64,000 bases of DNA from Vicugna vicugna (taxonomy: Eukaryota), in NCBI GenBank assembly GCA_013265495.1, contig MU058198.1, positions 3,670,419 to 3,734,418 of the forward strand. Reading direction: 5' to 3'. This document shows, one piece after another, positions 11,530 to 23,583 of this stretch. Both the position numbers and the translations under genes were made by a program. Below the pieces are notes generated by a model. The model did not search any database. It was not told the DNA's origin and worked only from the letters and a program-made list of their open reading frames with translations. Positions within the stretch are counted from its first letter, which is position 1. Every line of letters begins with the position of its first letter.

Positions 11530-12160
11530 GAATGTCACCTGCTCTTTGAAATCCCACCATCCCCAGAGGCACCAGTCCACAGGTGCTTCTGAAAGATCTG
11601 AAGGTGTCCTCATCTCCTTTGGCTCCTGAAATCCAGGCTTTAGATCTGCTGTCCATGGTCTTGCAAGTCAAGCTCAGAATGGAAATCCGATCCGTTCTCT
11701 TTCTTTAAAAAACTCATCAGTGGTGTCTCGTTGCCCTCAGGGCAGACTCAGTGTACCGTGACGATCTCATTATCCATTCTCTGTCTCCCTGCTTTTCGTT
11801 TAATCCTCCATCCTTTCCAGGCTGTCACCCACCATAGGACACCTGCATACTCTGTTCCCTCGGTCTGGAATGTTTGCCTTGTCTTTTTCCGGCAGTTTAC
11901 CCTTCCCCTTCCTGTAGATCTCAGCTCATTTTCTCAGCCAAGGAAGCTTCCCTGGACCTCCCCTCATTGCAGACATTCATAGTACCCTGAACTTGAACTT
12001 GCGTCAGTTGTGGGTTTATGTTGGGTTGGTTAGGGTCTGCCTCCCACTGGGTTTTAAGCTCCATGAGAGCAGGGCTGTGTCTGTTTTGACTCATTACTCT
12101 ATTCCTGGTGTGATGGGCATCACTAAATATCCGTGGAATCAGTGGATGTCTGTATGTATG
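11530..12160 (+). mobile_element. L2 LINE 3' fragments
   Basis: tctgttccctcggtctggaatg...aagctccatgagagcagggctgtgtctgttttg...taaatatccgtggaat. Confidence 0.65.
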
Positions 12161-13306
12161 AAGGAGGTACCACTAGAGGATTCTGATAGATTCCAGGACT
12201 TCACAGATGATCCCCAGACCAATACTTTCTGGAGTGAGGAACCGAAGTTCAGCAGGTAATTCGGTTCCCACCATCATTCTTAAAGGAAGGAGGCCACACA
12301 GAAAATCCTAAGGACCAGGTTCGAGGTCAACAGCAAGTGTTACTGGGACTGGAAGCCACCTGCTGGAGCCATGACCACCTTTGTTCCCTGGACAGTGTAG
12401 AAACAACACAGAGCAGTGGGACTTGGGGAACCACAGGGAAACATAAGGACAGATGGAGCAGGCAGGATAATCAGAAGCCTTGATCAAAGCTGTAAAATGC
12501 TTTAGGAAGCCCATGTGCTTATATATAAAACACCCCCACTCGGTTCAACATCTCACTATTAACAGAGCAACCAATATCCCGTTATTTACATTTCTGTCTT
12601 CAGTACAGCCATCTGCAGATCCTTAACCACACCCATAATTATATCTCACAAAAATTGGGGCTGTTCTTAAAAAAAAAAAACAGAAGGGGCAAATTTTTTT
12701 GATGTTTCTCTTTGGGATACTCAGTCAGGGTTCTTGTCATTGTATTGCCCTGTATGGAACCTTCTTAGACTGAAGCAGCTCCCAGAAAGACTTAGGAACT
12801 CCCAGGATTGTGGTACCTGCATCCCTCCTAAGGTCTGACACCCGCACATCAAGAGAAGAACATCAACGAGACGTAAAGTCTTGACAGGCTATTGGCAAAG
12901 GAGGGAACCACGTCCACCTATACACTAGATTCCAAAAGAGGTTTCAGAAACATTCTTAAGAGAAGGGAAACTGATGCTGAAAGCTCACAGAAGCCCTTCT
13001 TGTTGCATAAAAAAAACTGTTTCAAGATACAGAAGGCTTTGCCCATCGTGGGGACTCTAACGAGGGGGGACGAGTGCAAGGAAACCAATGCGGACCCTTC
13101 ATCTGAATTTATTCCACGTGGGTAGCTTCCTTCTAAAACCAAGATGGCAGGACAAGACCAGAAGAGCAGAGGGAAGGCCTGGGTCTGCTGTGCCAGAGGG
13201 TGAGGTGGGAGGCGGAGTAGTCTGGAGTGATTAGGTGTTTACAGTGTGAGAAAGGTGGCATGCGGTAGGTAGGAAGGTGGGGCAGATGGGCTCCGCAAGC
13301 ATAGAT

Positions 13307-13343
13307 ATTCATTCATTCATTCATTCATTCATTCATTCACTCA
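13307..13343. repeat. (ATTC)n microsatellite at an L2 tail
   Basis: attcattcattcattcattcattcattcattc. Confidence 0.85.
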
Positions 13344-13589
13344 TGACTACCATATTGTATCCACTGACAAATGAGATCTCATTTGTACCATCAAGGATCA
13401 CTCAGCTTAGTGGGAAAGACAGATATAGATAATTATATTACAATGCAGCAAGTGCTGTGATGGTACCATGTGAGCACCCAGAGCAGATGGTACCATGAAG
13501 CTTGGTACCAAAGGAAGCCATGGCTGAGCTGAGTCTGTAGGATATGTAGGAATTAGCTGGGTGCAGGGTGGGTAAGAGAAACAATATTA

Positions 13590-13815
13590 GCGATGTTTAT
13601 TGAGTTCTTACTACATGCCAGGCGCTTCACACAGATCCACTCATTAATCTTCACAAGCATCCTCTGTCATGGGAATTATTATTGTCTCCATTTTATCCGT
13701 GAGGGAACTGAGGCTCAGAGCCAGTTAGGTGACTTTGCAGGAACCAGAGAGTAAGTGGTGAGTCTTAGATCTGAGCCCAGGCAGTCTGGCTCCACGGCCC
13801 TCAGTCTCACCGTGA
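13590..13815 (-). mobile_element. MIR SINE
   Basis: tttattgagttcttactacatgccaggc...ccattttatccgtgagggaactgaggctcagag...cccaggcagtctggctcc. Confidence 0.8.
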
Positions 13816-14430
13816 TGCTGTGTTCCAGGCAGCGGGAATACGGCACACAAAAGCCTGGAGGCTGGAAATGGCAGGGGATGTGGGAGGCTGTTAGCTGGTG
13901 AGTGTGTCTTCCCTTCCCTACATTCTGGTTGAAAGCCCCTGTGGAATCTACTCCCTCCCTCTCCCAGTCATTCACTTGTTCATTCATCAGTATGCACTGA
14001 GTTTCCACCGTGAGTCAGGCATGTTCTAGACCCTTGGGATACAGTAGAGGATGAGACAAGCTGGGGTCTGGCCAGTTCCCTGGAACTCTTTGAATTTTTT
14101 CTTAGCTTTCCTCCTTTTGTTAACCATGAGAATTTCCTTCTTATCAGGTTAAATTCATTGCCCTTCGAGTTTTTTTCAGACACTCTCTGTCCATTTTCTC
14201 TTTAAAACCTGAGGTTTGGGAGTTTGGAACATAGAGCCAGAATGACCTGAAGGCTGTGTCTGCTTTATGCTCTGCCAGATGCTTCCCTGAACTAGTTCTC
14301 TGATTTAAAGGGAAAGGGAAGAAAAGAGAGAGAAGGAAATGTAACGAAGAAAAATCCAGCTGGAATAATATTTCAAAATGTTACTCAGCAATTACAGGGA
14401 TATCAAATGATCACAGACTAGGCCACTAGG

Positions 14431-14447
14431 GACCACTAGGGGGCAGC
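14431..14447 (+). promoter_or_regulatory. CTCF core motif candidate
   Basis: GACCACTAGGGGGCAGC fits CCASYAGRKGGCRS. Confidence 0.6.
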
Positions 14448-14639
14448 CTTTGCCTTCAAAGCTATTCTTCCCCAAAGAATCTCTTCCGAAAGATGCCCAG
14501 ATCTTGCAGAACAGAGTAAAACCACAACAGCACCATTGCCCATAATACGAGGAAGTCACTTCTCAAGGCCACATGTCATGGAGTGGGGACAGAACCCAGT
14601 TCTTGTGGATTTCCCACTCCCGTATACACTACTGGTTAG

Positions 14640-15000
14640 TATTTCCCCCCAACGTTTTATCATGAAAAATGTCCAACATACAGTGAAGTCGAAAGACTTT
14701 TACAGTGAACAGTCATTTGGGCACCACCTAAATCCTGCCAGTAACATTTACTACATCTGCTGAGTCACATACCCATTCACCTCACTCTCCATCCATCAGT
14801 TTGTCTTATTTTTGACACATTTCAAAGGAAATTGGAGACATTAGTTCCCCCTAAACACTTCAGCCTGCTTGTCATCAACAAGAATTCAAAAAGTATTTAA
14901 ACGTTAAAGTTTTGAGGTAAAATTTACGTACAGTGAAATACACATATCTTAAGTGTCCAATGGCTGAGTTTTGACAAATGTGTGACCCTAACCCCTATGA
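14640..15000 (-). mobile_element. L1 (L1M-type) fragments
   Basis: ttttatcatgaaaaatgtccaacatac...tttgaggtaaaatttacgtacagtgaaatacacatatcttaagtgt...gagttttgacaaatg. Confidence 0.7.
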
Positions 15001-15719
15001 CATTAATCCTCTTTTTTGTGACGTCACAGCTGCCATTGAGGATCTGGTGAAACTGTGAACACTATTCTCAGAGAAATCCCTGCATGTGCAGACAGGCATG
15101 GTGGCCCACACCCACCCACACCCACGAGCTCCAGGAACTGGGGGGCCACGGCACCTACAATCTCTCGGATTACATCATGCTTAATAGTTGTTAGATGTTG
15201 GGGGGGATAAATTGTAATGCAGTAAAATAGGCTTATTCAAAACACCTTGTGTGTACTCATTGGAGAGCAAATTCTCTCAGAACAAACTTAGCAAAACACC
15301 CACGTTATTTCTCCCCCCTTCAGCGTCTTTGTAATGAAGTTGAGTTAAATCCTATCTCTGTCTATGAAACATGCATTATAGATAGTTGTCTGCATACCTG
15401 TGAGGCCAGGGCAAGGATCCTCTACCCTCCCTTCATGGGAAGCCTTTCGGCTTGTGAAGACGTGCTGGTTGGTGTCTGGACACTGAAAGAGATGGAGTTG
15501 ACTTGAGGAGATAGAGGAAGCTGAAGTCTTTCTGCCCAATGTTCTTTTTCTTGCTCCCTGAATGTCTGAGTCTCGTGAGAAACACCAAGCCCACACTTCA
15601 GGATGTGCTGGGTGTGCAGTCATTGTTCCTAAATGCTTGCTGAGTGGTATCCAAGGGGATGCTGCCAGGACCCGCAGGGCTGTGACTTGCTACCACTTTT
15701 GGGGGGGAAATGGTCCGGC

Positions 15720-16095
15720 AAAATCTATTAAAATGTGTATGCATATGCACACTTGGACTCTCAAATTCTCCTTTTGGGAATCCGTCTTACTGAAATAATT
15801 CACTAGCCTGCAAGGAGATGACGTCCAGAACAAGTATGTTCATTGATGTTTTGTTTGTAGTGGCAAAGAATTGGAATCAGCCTCGTTAGACTAATAATAT
15901 GCAGTTGTTGAAAGCAGTGACTCAGAATGGGTATTTGGGGCTTGTATGGAGCTGGTCATGTGTTTTGATAGGAACTGGTTACACAGACATATTCACTTTG
16001 TGAAAATTCATCAAACTGTACGAAAGTGATTTGTATGCTTTTCTATATGTATATTATACTTCATACTATACTTGTATTTTAAAAAGTTTAAGTAA
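15720..16095 (+). mobile_element. L1 (L1ME-type) 3' fragments
   Basis: cactttgtgaaaattcatcaaactgtac...ttttctatatgtatattatacttca. Confidence 0.65.
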
Positions 16096-16149
16096 TAAAA
16101 ACCCGAAGTCATTAAAACCAAAACGAAACACCAATGGGTTAGAGCTATA

Positions 16150-16342
16150 GCTATTGGCCTGGGCCAGATCTGGCCCACTGCCTGTTTTTGTAAATAAAGT
16201 TTTATTGGCACACAGCCACGCCCATTCATTTCCATATTGACGATGGCTGCTTCGGTGGTACAATCATGGGTTCATTAAGTGGCCGTATTGTCCGCAAAAC
16301 CTAAAGTATTTTCTCTCTGGCCCTTACACGTGCCAGTCCCTG
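16150..16342 (+). mobile_element. MER58-like hAT-Charlie DNA transposon
   Basis: gggccagatctggcccactgcctgtttttgtaaataaagttttattggcacacagccacgcccattcattt. Confidence 0.85.
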
Positions 16343-17169
16343 ACCTGGAGGAACATCTCTTAAGTGAGAGGATTGCATAAAAATGTATTTAGTATGATTT
16401 CATTTCGAAGAAATAACAGTCCAAACAGACACCTGCTATGTGTGAAGTTATGTTTGTATATTTTTGTAAGGGTGGGAAGAAAGGTGTGGAAGGCTCCAAA
16501 CGGCTGGAAACACTGAGCTGGCAGGAGGACTGGGGAGATGGGAAAGGAGAGAGACTGGGGGGGACGGGGGGCGGGCGGTATCATCTCTGTATATGTCTTG
16601 AGTCATTTCTCTGGTTGTGGTAGGTACGTATCACCTTTATAATTTTGGGGGGGGAGGAAACGGAACAGAAAAATCTCTAAATAGGAAAAATCAATCTAAA
16701 TAAGGTCTCCACCGACAACGGCGGTGAAAATTGAATGATGTCAGTGACAGAGTGTTTGTGGCTTTAGGAGGACTGGCGTGGTTCCCAGCGGGGCAGAGCT
16801 GGGCCCAGGTCCTGCCTGTGGGGTTTTGAGCTTTCATCATCACCAGCCATGTGTCTTTACAGCGTCCACCCGAGGAGCTGGCCTGCTCTCTGACCCTCAT
16901 GGTGTTTCTATTTGTCATCGTCTGTTAGCCCATGTCACTAGCATCACTGTCACTGCTGTCCCAGGAAGCATGTCCTCTTCTCCCTGCTTCTTGCCTGGCA
17001 GGCAGCCCACACTAACCTGTTCCAGAGCCCCTCCACCCTGCCTCTCGATCTGACTCCTTGGACTTAAAAAACTTCAAATACTCTGGTGCCTTCTAATTCT
17101 GTTTTCCATGGTGTGGCCTCCCCAAGCCTCCAAGTTGGGAGTGTTCACACTTCAGAAATTGTAGGACCC

Positions 17170-17310
17170 GGCTGCTCTGAGTGTGGTCCGTGGACCTCAG
17201 TCTCACCTGAGGGCTGGTCAGAAATACAGAACCGCAGGTTCTGTGAAGGCCTGCTGACGCAGAATCTGCGTTTCTACAAAACCCCCTGGTGTTTGCGTGC
17301 ACGCTGAGAT
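17170..17310. mobile_element. MER5-like hAT-Charlie fragment
   Basis: agtgtggtccgtggacc...tcacctga...agaaatacaga...cagaatctgcgttt. Confidence 0.7.
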
Positions 17311-17357
17311 CCCATAACCCTTGCCACAGTCTGAGTGGCACAGGGGCTGCATCTCGT

Positions 17358-17371
17358 CCACTAGATGGCGG
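17358..17371 (+). promoter_or_regulatory. CTCF core motif candidate
   Basis: CCACTAGATGGCGG fits CCASYAGRKGGCRS. Confidence 0.55.
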
Positions 17372-17600
17372 GGTTGACCGTGCTCTGCTCCTGCGGGGCA
17401 GCCACTGGTGGAAGGAGTCTGGGCTGCGGTGTGCCACCCCACCCACCTTGGCCATGACAGTTTCAGCCGTCATGAAGCTTTGATGTCAGTCCGTCAGGGC
17501 TCAGAATCCCCTTTTGTCAGTGGCCTGTGTGCCCTGGAATAGATATGCCGCACAGAGCCCCTGGCTTGAGCCACTCATGTAAAATGACCCCGACTCTCCT

Positions 17601-17769
17601 TTTTTTTTTTTTTTTTTTTCTNNNNNNNNNNNNNNNNNNNNNNNNNNNNNNNNNNTTTATTTATTTATTTATTCTTAGAGAAAGTGCTGGGGATTGAACC
17701 CAGGACCTCATGCATGCTAAGTGTGCGCTCTACCACTACGTGCGCTCTACCACTTGAGCTGTACCTCCC
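17601..17769 (-). mobile_element. tRNA-Ala-derived SINE (camelid vic-1-like), young copy with TSD
   Basis: ggggattgaacccaggacc (B box, antisense), tgagctgtacctcccc, poly-T tail; flanked by ccccgactctcct / ccccgactcttct. Confidence 0.9.
17622..17655. other. Assembly gap (34 N) inside the SINE tail
   Basis: Run of n. Confidence 0.99.
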
Positions 17770-18169
17770 CCCCGACTCTTCTCTGCTTTGCCCCTGTCTC
17801 CTGCCGCAGAGGGAGAAGGCATACCTTGCTTTTCCAGTCACTTGCCCCCAGCCTGCTCTTCTCACTGATTTGCTGTGCGTCTGCACTAATTACAGGCCAG
17901 TATCGTCTGTGATCACAGAGCTTGAGCTTTTGGAGTCAGGCCTGAGTTTGAATCCTGCTTCCCCCACGTCTTCAGCAAACACTGGTTGGGTGCCTCCTAC
18001 GTGTGGGGCACTGCTTACCGTCATGAACAAGACAGCCGGCACCTGCTCTTGTGTCCCTGATGTTCTTTCTACTGATGGGAGATGAACCCGAGCAAACAGA
18101 TACTAGTAATAAAGTAGTAATAAAGACTATGAAGGAAATAAAATAAGGCAGAGGGCTGGCACTTTGCGG

Positions 18170-18350
18170 GTCTTCTCAAGTCATCCTATCAACAGCCCTG
18201 TGGCACGGTTATTAATATCATCCCCATTTTACAGGTGAGGGAACTGAGGCACAGAGAAGGTGGCTCATGATGAGCCCAAATCCCACAGCTCGGGAAGGGT
18301 GGAGCTGGGCTGTGAACCTGGATGCTGCTTCTAGAGCGATCTCGCTCTTG
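18170..18350 (-). mobile_element. MIR SINE fragment
   Basis: atcatccccattttacaggtgagggaactgaggcacagagaag. Confidence 0.8.
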
Positions 18351-20670
18351 AACACGGTCCACCCCGCCTCTGCCCTGCCTCGGTGGGGGGTGACGGTGGG
18401 TCATAGCAGCACAGCAGCTCCCTTTTCTCGAACACTTCCCGGGTGCGGGCTTGTGCTCGGAACTTGGCCAGCACAGCCTCAGCTGTCGGCGCGGTTCTCC
18501 CCAGGCCGCAGGGGCCGAAACGCTGCAGGGCCCGGCTGCCTGGCGCTGATGGAGACTCGCTTCCCAGGGCTCGGTTTTCCCAATGCTCCCCGCTCACCCA
18601 TTTTCCTCCTTTGGGAGCGTGCGCGTCAGTGTTTGCTGGGCTGTGAGGCTGACGGTGATGCCACTTCTTCAAGTTGACCTGCGCATGTTGCAGACAGGAC
18701 GACTTCACTGGCCAAGACCTGCCCCGGAGGCTGGCTGAATTCCTGGGTGGTGAGAGGTGGACAGATGGGGAAAGCCTTCTCTTTAAGCCTCACCGTGGTA
18801 GGGCCGGCGTTGGGTTATGTGGTCCCTGCCTGGTAGGGCATAGGAATAGCTGGATGGCTCAGGAGGATGAGACGAGGGCCGCGACAGTCCCCACCTCAGA
18901 GCGACCTGGTTGTGGGAACCCCACAGGCAGTCTGTGCGAACGCTTAGAACACCACCTGGTGTGGACGGGGGCGCCATCTGAATTTGCTGCTATTCTGGGT
19001 GGCGTGGTTTGCCCAACCCTTTCTGAGTTCCCTGGCTGATCGTTTTTGGATTTCCTGAATTCGGAGTTTCCTGGTTAGCGGCCTTTCTGTTTCCTCCCGA
19101 AGTGGTGCGTTTTCAAGATGTGGTTTCTGGGGTGAGGAGTCCAGCTTCTCGGAGACCCTGCCTGTCACGGGCAGGCAGAGAGACGGGTCAGAGGCACCCC
19201 TAATAAATGTTAACTGTTGTTACCTCACTTGTATTATCCTCCTGGGCACGGTGTATCCTGGAAAACTTATAACATCTAAGCCGAATCTTTGATGAGATAG
19301 TGACTCTACCCAGAATGGCCTGAGAGGGGGTATCTGCCCAGCTGAGGAGTACAGGGGACCTGGTGCTACGTCCATGACATTAACACACTGTCCCAACGAT
19401 CTAGGCAGCCAGCATGTACTGAGCACTTCCTGTGTGCAGGGGCTTTACGGGGAGCATCGCTGGTAACGCTCACCTGGAATGTTTGACGTTGTACCCTCGT
19501 TGTTCAGGTGAAGGAGCTGCAGCTTGGAGACGTTAAGTAACTCATTTCAAGTTGCACAGTCATGAAGTGGCCAATCTACAGTTGAAGCCCAGCTGTCTAA
19601 TTCCAGGGCCTGTGCTTCTAACTTCTACCCCACCCTGCCTCCCCGGGTGCTCGAGCTGGGGGAACTGAGGGCATCCAGAAGGTGAGAGGGAGAGGGATAG
19701 AATAAAGTTCACAGCAGTATCTTGAGAAGGCGTTTTCACTTAAAAATAAAAAGGTGTTCAGGTTACAGCAGGAAGCAGGAGGATGCAAAGTGGTCTGAGC
19801 ATCTGGGAGGAGTGCGTCTCCGTGGGAAAACCACCTTCTCACTTAGCGTCATGGATGCTGGGCCCTGCAAGGCTCCTGTCTCATTCAGGGAATCAGAGCC
19901 ACCACACAGGCCATGGAGCGAGGTGTTAACTGGAGGAATCTGAGCTTACACGAGCTTGGAGAAGCTGGGGGCGGGAAGCATGTGTCAGGAGATGAGAGGA
20001 AGGGCGGTGAGTGGTCCAGGCGGACAGTTGGTAGGGAATCCAATAAGCCAGGCACGCCGGGCTGCCAAAGTGCGTATTAATTAACCTTGTGAAGCTTCTA
20101 CTAGTATCATACCTTGGGTCATCCAGCACAGGTATGCGGACAGCTTCTGACTCACCTGGAGGCAGCTCTTGGGTGCCCCAGCATCCTTCACATCTCAGGT
20201 GACGCTGCCCCAACGCCTTCAGCCATTTGCGGTTCAATCCCTAACCCACAACCCACATCTTCAAACACCGCACACCAGAGCCACGTGTCCCCTCGCCGAC
20301 ACAGACCGCGAACTCCTGCTGGACCGCACTCCCGTTAGAGTAGCATCCTGATCAAGCACAATGACCTGCGAGAAGGAGAGGAGACAGTGATTGTCACCTT
20401 CCTTGTTCCAGATCGGCAATTTCATACTTTCCTGACGGCAGCTCGCTCCAAGGGATACGTCTTACCTACCACGCACGCACAGACACGTGCACACGCACAA
20501 CTGAAACCAAACTGCCGTGCAGTAATACTCACCTCTACTTACACTAGCTGTGCACTTGGATATAGTTCCAGTGTCTTCTGGATGCCACTCGCCTGACACT
20601 ATTCTTTATACTAGGCCTGTGCCACTCTCCCCATCCCTCCTCCATACTTGCTTGTTTTTTTGTTTTAAAA

Positions 20671-21191
20671 TGTAGATCTTATTCAGGCATGGTGCGGCCA
20701 GCGGAGCAGGAGAAGATTGCCGTTGAAAGGATAGTTGATTAATTACAGTTCCCAAGGAGGGTGCCATGCTGTCTGGGGCCACCTAGGGCAGCACCAGGGT
20801 CCATCAGGAGGCAGAGGGAGCGGGAGGAGAGCATGGGCAAGAGGACCTTTTCTTGTGGTTTCCGTGGAAGGAATGGGTGAGGCAGGCTAAGCGGGCCTAG
20901 GACTGGCTGGTCTGGATACTTTCAGCAGGCTGTGGGCTGTCTCTAGTTGTCGGGCCCTGGCGTGATCAGCGCAGGGGAGTCGTGGCCTGGAGTGGGAAGA
21001 GCTCCATAAAGGAGATGGTTGGAGGCGTGGGCTCTGGATTGGTTGTTTTGCTTTTGAAAGGTCCACTTGCAGCTGATTTTATTAACTCTAGGAATTGGCT
21101 AGCCTTGGGAAGGGCCGTCTCTCCAGAGTCAGCACGGCCCCAGATGTCACATCGTCAGAAATACAGAAAGGAAAAAGCGATGATGAATACA
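20671..21191 (-). mobile_element. ERVL-type solo LTR (MER76-like)
   Basis: TG...CA ends; gggctctggattggtt...ctctaggaattggctagcc...ggccccagatgtca...agaaatacagaaa resemble the recalled MER76 consensus. Confidence 0.65.
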
Positions 21192-21329
21192 TTTAGAACT
21201 ATTTTTATTTAACGATACTATCAAGCTAGTATAGGTAATAGAGTTAAAAAAAAAAAAAGAACCCAGTGTGCATTGAAGAGCTTTTGATGGAAAGTGACAC
21301 CCTTCCCCGCCCTTCAGTTCTGCTCTTCA

Positions 21330-21490
21330 CAGTGGTGCTTCCCAAAGCAGAGTCACCCGGAGAGTGTCTGTCCCACCCCAGGGAGTCTGCTTCAGCAGGT
21401 CTGAGGTACACCTGAGAGTTTGAATTTCACTCGAGTTCCCAGGGGAGGCTGACACATTGTCCTTCCTGGGGACCACACTCAGAGCACGAC
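21330..21490. mobile_element. MER5-like fragment
   Basis: agtctgcttcagcaggtctgagg...cctgagagtttgaatttc...agttcccagg...ggggaccacact. Confidence 0.7.
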
Positions 21491-21694
21491 TACCGTGGAA
21501 GATGCCGCTTTAAACTCTTCTGGTACCTGAGTGCTGTGTTTTGATGGCATGCTCTGTCACTGTCACTTCATGACTTCGTGGCTCCAGCTTCCTGAGCAGG
21601 ATTCGCTCTGACACCATCCTTCTGGTGCCTGCCCCCACATACCCGCAGCACAGGTATACCGCCAGTTCGAGTTCACTCATTCAGCAAAAGGATA

Positions 21695-21818
21695 TTATTA
21701 TTATTTGGGGGGAGGTAATTAGGTTATTTATTTACTTATTTAATGGAGCTGCTGGGGACTGAACCCAGGACCTTGTGCATGCTAAGCACACGCTCTACCG
21801 CTGAGCTATACCCTCCCC
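21695..21818 (-). mobile_element. tRNA-Ala-derived SINE
   Basis: ggaggtaattagg...ggggactgaacccaggaccttgtgcatgctaagcacacgctctaccgctgagctataccctcccc. Confidence 0.9.
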
Positions 21819-21931
21819 ACCAACAAAAGAGTATCATTATCAGGCATCCTGTAAGCGTCAGGCACGGACTGCTCACTGGGATTTGTCTGAGAACAAGACA
21901 GCCCTGCCCTCATGCAGCTTGCATCCTAGTT

Positions 21932-22128
21932 CAGGGCTCCACAGCTTTTCCTGTTAAGGACCAGATGGACTTTGGAGCCATCTGGTTGCTGCCACACTGC
22001 CACTATAGCGTGATAGTGGCCACAGACAGTATGCAGATGAATAGGTGTGGCTGTGTTCCGATGAATCTTTATTTACAAAAACAGGTGGCGGGTTGAAATT
22101 TGACCCACGGGTTGCAGTTAGACCTCTG
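21932..22128 (-). mobile_element. MER58-like hAT-Charlie DNA transposon
   Basis: gtgtggctgtgttccgatgaatctttatttacaaaaacaggtggcggg; reverse complement of the 16.2 kb copy; degenerate 8-bp flanks tcctagtt / ttgtagtg. Confidence 0.8.
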
Positions 22129-22169
22129 TTGTAGTGTGTGTGACAAGACGATGAAGTAGGTAAAGGCGT

Positions 22170-22550
22170 AAAATACCCAGTACATCAGATGACAAATACT
22201 AAGGAGAAAAATAAAGCAGAAAAGGAGGGTAGGGTGTATGGGGGAGGGGACAGGACTTGCAAATTTTCATAATGATGGCAGAGAAGGTGCCAGTGCGATG
22301 GGGACGTTTGAATAAAGACTTCTGGAGATGAAGGAGGGAGCCATGCAGCTCCCGGGAGGAAGAGCATTCCAAGCAGAGGAACAGCCAGTGCAAAGGCCCC
22401 CTGGTGTGAGTGTGCTCAGCATGCTTGAGGGAACAGCCAGGAGGCTACCACCTCTGAGTGGAGTGAGCCAAGAGGAGGAGAGCAGGAGAGGAGGACAGAG
22501 GTCATATGCAGGAAGCTGCTAAAGTCTTTGTAGTCCCTTGTGAGGAATCT
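22170..22550 (-). mobile_element. L2 LINE fragment
   Basis: gagcattccaagcagaggaacagccagtgcaaaggccc. Confidence 0.75.
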
Positions 22551-22637
22551 GAGCCACAATAATGGATTCCCGTTGCATTAAGGGCTTCTAGAGCCACAGT
22601 AATGGGTTCCCGGAGTGTATTGTGGCCCTAGTGGTTT

Positions 22638-22756
22638 CAGTCCTTCCTTGATATCTGCGGGGATTGCTTCCAGGACCTCTGGTGGATGCCAGAGTCCTCA
22701 GATGCTCAAGTTCCACGTAGTCAGCTCCCAAATCTGCAGAGATGGAGGGCTGATTG
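22638..22756. mobile_element. MER2-like TcMar-Tigger element, internally deleted
   Basis: cagtccttccttgatatctgcggggattgcttccaggacc...gatgctcaagt...gatggagggctgattg with degenerate inverted termini. Confidence 0.65.
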
Positions 22757-23565
22757 CGTATTTACAGCTCCATTTCTTGTTTCCTCAACTATGAGAAGTA
22801 TCTCTTATGGGGGAGGTACCAGGCATTGTCCCAAGCACTTTTACATGCCTCATATCATTTAATCCCTATGAGATAGAGACTAATGCTTCCCTCAATCTAC
22901 GGAGGAGACTGAAGCCCATTAAGGTTAAGTGACTTGGTTAAGGCCACAAAGCTAGTAAGTGCCAGAGCCAAGATTTGAAGCCAGGCCTGACTTTATAGAG
23001 AGATCTTAGCACCACCATTATCCTGAGAGGCAAGGCTACAATCCTCCAGGGGTCCTGGGGGGGGGGGTTCCTGTGGCTTTTGGACCATAATGTGGAAAAT
23101 CTTTGCCAAGAAAAGAGTGTGTGTGCGCATCAATCAAACAAAACAGGAACTATTCTGAGAGAAGGGAAAGGTTCTTTTCTGTGGGAACTCTGACCAAGCC
23201 TCTGACAGCTCATTTATGTGATGCTGGGGTAGTTTGACATTCATAGTACAAGACTTGCATGCAGTTAGCCTGAATCGTTCTAACACAGCCTCTCGGAAAC
23301 ATTTGGAATTTTCCCTCTGTCTGGCCTCGTGCATGATGTAACGGTGGCTTTATTTAGTTGGTTGTCCATCCCGGAATAGCGAGGTCCTCATCTGCCCGCA
23401 TCACGGTGGTCCGATTGAGGTCTTGTTTTCCTGGAGGGCAGAGACTGTTGCTTTGCGGACCCCCTCCCGCAGGATCATTTGCGCATACACAACGGCAGAG
23501 CCTCTCTTCAGCGCGTGACAGAATGATTTCCCCCAAGTGTGAGCTGGAGTCCTGTTAAGTGTGCG

Positions 23566-23583
23566 ATGCAAATAGATGCAAAT
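23566..23583 (+). promoter_or_regulatory. Tandem octamer (POU) motifs
   Basis: ATGCAAATagATGCAAAT. Confidence 0.55.

Noticed and set aside
11646..11666. REST/RE1-like sequence gctgtccatggt
   Set aside because: Only one half matches; the GCTGA half is broken and it lies in decayed L2
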